Shown here piece by piece: positions 61,260 through 64,000 of a stretch of 64,000 nucleotides of DNA (positions within the stretch are counted from its first letter, which is position 1; every line of letters begins with the position of its first letter). The stretch spans positions 14,300,784 to 14,364,783 of the forward strand of contig CM121341.1 of the NCBI GenBank assembly GCA_051530055.1, in the 5' to 3' direction. Under the pieces are notes generated by a model. That model did no database searches. It was not told where the DNA came from and saw nothing but the letters and a program-made list of their open reading frames with translations. The position numbers were made by a program, and so were the translations under genes. Source of the stretch: Neoechinorhynchus agilis (lineage: Eukaryota; Animalia; Acanthocephala).

Positions 61260-62730
61260 TTGGTGCCAATCACGAAACTTATACACCAATCAGAAGAAAA
61301 AACAGTTTTTTAATGCAATCAACGATCTTAAGCGTGATGACTCCATTCACATCATAAAATCAGACAAAGGTAGAACAGCAGTGATCACGGATCGGGACCA
61401 ATACATTTCAAAAAGTTTAAGATCATCGCTAGCTACACTTCGTTTTGTCATAACATTGCAAAGGAGATCAATAAATGGATCCGAAAATGTTGTGATAAGA
61501 ATCCTTCCTACTTTAAAGATGGACCTTCATTCGCCACTGAAATCGCTAAGTATAATCGATCCTAACATAGATTCCTAACCGCTGATGTCAATTCTTCATT
61601 TACCAACATCACTCTGCTACCATCCACAGAAATGGCATCCAACCTTCTAACTGAAAGATGCATTTCTCCTTGTCTCACGAAGAATGAGTGGATCGAGCTC
61701 ATCAAATGGTGCACCTCCAAGAATGCTTTTCAATTCAATGGTGAAATCAATGATCAAATTGACGGAGTGGAGATAGGGTCCCCCTTCGTACCCGCATTAG
61801 CCGATCTGTACATGCCCACGTGGGAGAGTGACGTGTACAGTAGAATTTTTCACATGGTAAAATGGTGGCGATACGTTGACGATGTTTTCTGTCTCTTTAA
61901 ATCGGACCCGAAACTCCTTCCAATCATGCATTTATTCAACAAAAAAGACCAGACCATTCAATGCTCCAGTGATAACTTTCCTCGGCTTGTGTGTGAAGAG
62001 AACAGGTCGTGGTGTAAGCACTTCCATATACCGGAAACGTGGAATCTGTTGGCAAAGCACATCTTGGCTAACCAATTCCCCTCAAGCCTTTAAAATCGGG
62101 GTAGCACGTTCTTTATTCCGGCGAGCCATCAAAATCTGCAACATTCGCAAGGACAGAGAACGTGAAATCGACAATATCAGGAAGATGCTGGAAAGAAGGG
62201 ATTACCCATATTGGGCTATCCGACAGGCACTTAAGAAAGAGAGATATTCAAGACCCAATCGACCAACGGAAAGTCCAGCTACGACAATCATCAGGGCCGA
62301 ATTCGTAGACGATTTTTGTTCTAATCTGATTCGCAGGACCCTAAGAAATTCAAAATGCCCTGTTGGACTTTATCACAAGAGATCTCCGACTATCGTGGGC
62401 ATCTTCAAAAGAAAAACCGAACAAAAAACGGTTGCGAACGTAGTCTACCGCATCCCCCCGCAACGATTCCGAAATGTCCTACGTAGGTGAAACAATGCGG
62501 TGTTTAACTACGCGGCTGCGGGAGCACAAATTAGCCTTACGATTTGGCGACACTACGTCGGCCAATTTTGAATCACTCTCACTTAACCACACACTCAATC
62601 GAATTCGACAAGACCGACGTCCTCTGCAAAAAAGTAAATATATTGATCCTTCCTCCTCGACTACTGACGGTTCATTGTACAAAATTACCAATCTCATACA
62701 AGGAAAGTTTCAATCATTTACCTGAGTAAA
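61260..62730 (+). mobile_element. Penelope-like element (RT + C-terminal GIY-YIG), deleted and frameshifted
   Basis: IIKSDKGRTAVITDRDQY, GVEIGSP...LADLYM, WRYVDD, SLFRRAIKIC, YVGET...RLREH. Confidence 0.9.
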
Positions 62731-62985
62731 AAATCAGCAAAGACACTTGTATCAATTCCGACGGAAGGTCAGACCAAAATGAATGAGTTTAAATTGCTCC
62801 GGTTTACTAAAACAATTCACAAACACAATGTTGCCTGGTTTTAGATATCCATGAACAATGTTCAAATCTTATAGTTTCTACCGCTATCAACATTTGGGGT
62901 CACGAAGATAAAAAACGATCCATTTGCATTGGTCTAAATTTGTTCATAAACACATGAAGATGCATTGCATTGATGATCACAGTAT

Positions 62986-63581
62986 TTGAAAATTTCGAGG
63001 GAAACTGCGATGAAGAAGCAAGGAAAAAAGGTTACAAGAAACTGTGAACACTGGGCCGTTAATGAATGCGACGTTCAAATCGGATTTATCGAGTTAGCAA
63101 ATCTACATCTCCTCGATCTTCTAACGGACTCCAGAGCTATGCGGCCCATTTCATTGGGAAACGATGGTATAAACGAATATACGATTAAAGAAAATCAATT
63201 AAGTCACTATCTAATGAAGAATGTGGTGAAATTCCAGCGCCTGACTACAAAATCATGGCACTTGCAACGTCGAAAGTTTTATGTGAGATTTTTCAAGAAT
63301 TTAATACAGTTGTATCGAGAATCCTAATCTGATTCGTATAAAGTGCAGCCTTGCAAGAAAGTCCCGCTAAACATCTAGATTATCACCATCCTTGGTTGAA
63401 TCTGACCTTTCGTGAAAAACGCGCCATAGAACGTAAAAAGCGCATTATGGAGGTCCGAAGACAGCAAATGCACAAGCATTCAATAATGCGATTAATACGG
63501 TGCACTGATGGAAAAAATTATGAATATATTAATCAGAATTTTCGACCAATGCGTTGGTCTTCTTCAGTCACATGCAATTAG
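62986..63581 (+). CDS. Possible small gene (ORFs 62986-63327 and 63351-63581)
   Basis: Open frames only; no family recognised; the 3' end overlaps a Penelope tail. Confidence 0.2.
63519..63575 (-). ncRNA. Penelope-associated type I hammerhead motif, cleavage site degenerate
   Basis: CTGAAGA a gacca acgcat tggtc GAAA just downstream of the GIY-YIG stop; stem I candidate tgtga/tcata. Confidence 0.6.
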
Positions 63582-63960
63582 TCTGGATTGAGTATCCACC
63601 CTTTCACCACAGCTTTAAAGGGTACACGTAAATTAAGTGTGTAGTCCGCTTTGTTATGCGTGAACGTGTTGCCGTGTTCAATCATGATGGCCTCCATTGT
63701 GATTCTGTCACGTTTGTTGTCGCATCTCGCCATTATTTCAGTGGCATCAAGATCAATTCGATATTTGTTTTCTTTAACGTGATGAACTAATGCTGAGTTG
63801 AGATCGGTCAACTTGCTGATGGCCCGTCTATGTTCGGTCAACCTTCTTCGGATGTTATTGGTTTGTCCAATAAATGATTGGTCACAATCGTTACAGGGTA
63901 TCCTGTACACACACCCGGAGACCTCGTCAGCCCTTCTGGGTCGGAACATGCCATCTAAGG
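63519..63960 (-). mobile_element. Penelope-like 3' end (GIY-YIG)
   Basis: GCVYRIPCNDCDQSFIGQT...RRLTEH...SALVHH. Confidence 0.88.
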
Positions 63961-64000
63961 TTCTCCTTTTTTTTGTTAAAAACCGTCACTTTTTTCTGTG

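Overview
This window is eukaryotic, not prokaryotic. It comes from a compact, AT-rich, intron-poor invertebrate animal genome; I cannot name the organism. Host genes I recognise by eye: a FoxO-like factor, ERI3, a class A GPCR, NELFCD/TH1, RPL6, MYPT1/PPP1R12, two hnRNP A/B copies in a large inverted duplication, POLR3H, EIF3L, ATP synthase beta, ANKEF1, and an orphan SGNH-like ORF. Much of the rest is decayed mobile DNA: CRE-like non-LTR elements with a restriction-like endonuclease, an RTE-like LINE, a CR1/L2-like LINE, Penelope-like fragments with hammerhead motifs, MITE/foldback hairpins and a tRNA-headed SINE. Two signals stand out. (1) In six places in five conserved genes, the interruption is bounded by 3-5 nt direct repeats, often has 9-12 bp terminal inverted repeats, and a GN...AG splice removes one base too many. 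This suggests a non-canonical intron class or an IES-like precise excision system coexisting with ordinary GT-AG introns. (2) The SINE carries all three hammerhead ribozyme strands in an order that is not a circular permutation. All homologies and alignments were made from memory with no database search, and transposon boundaries are approximate.
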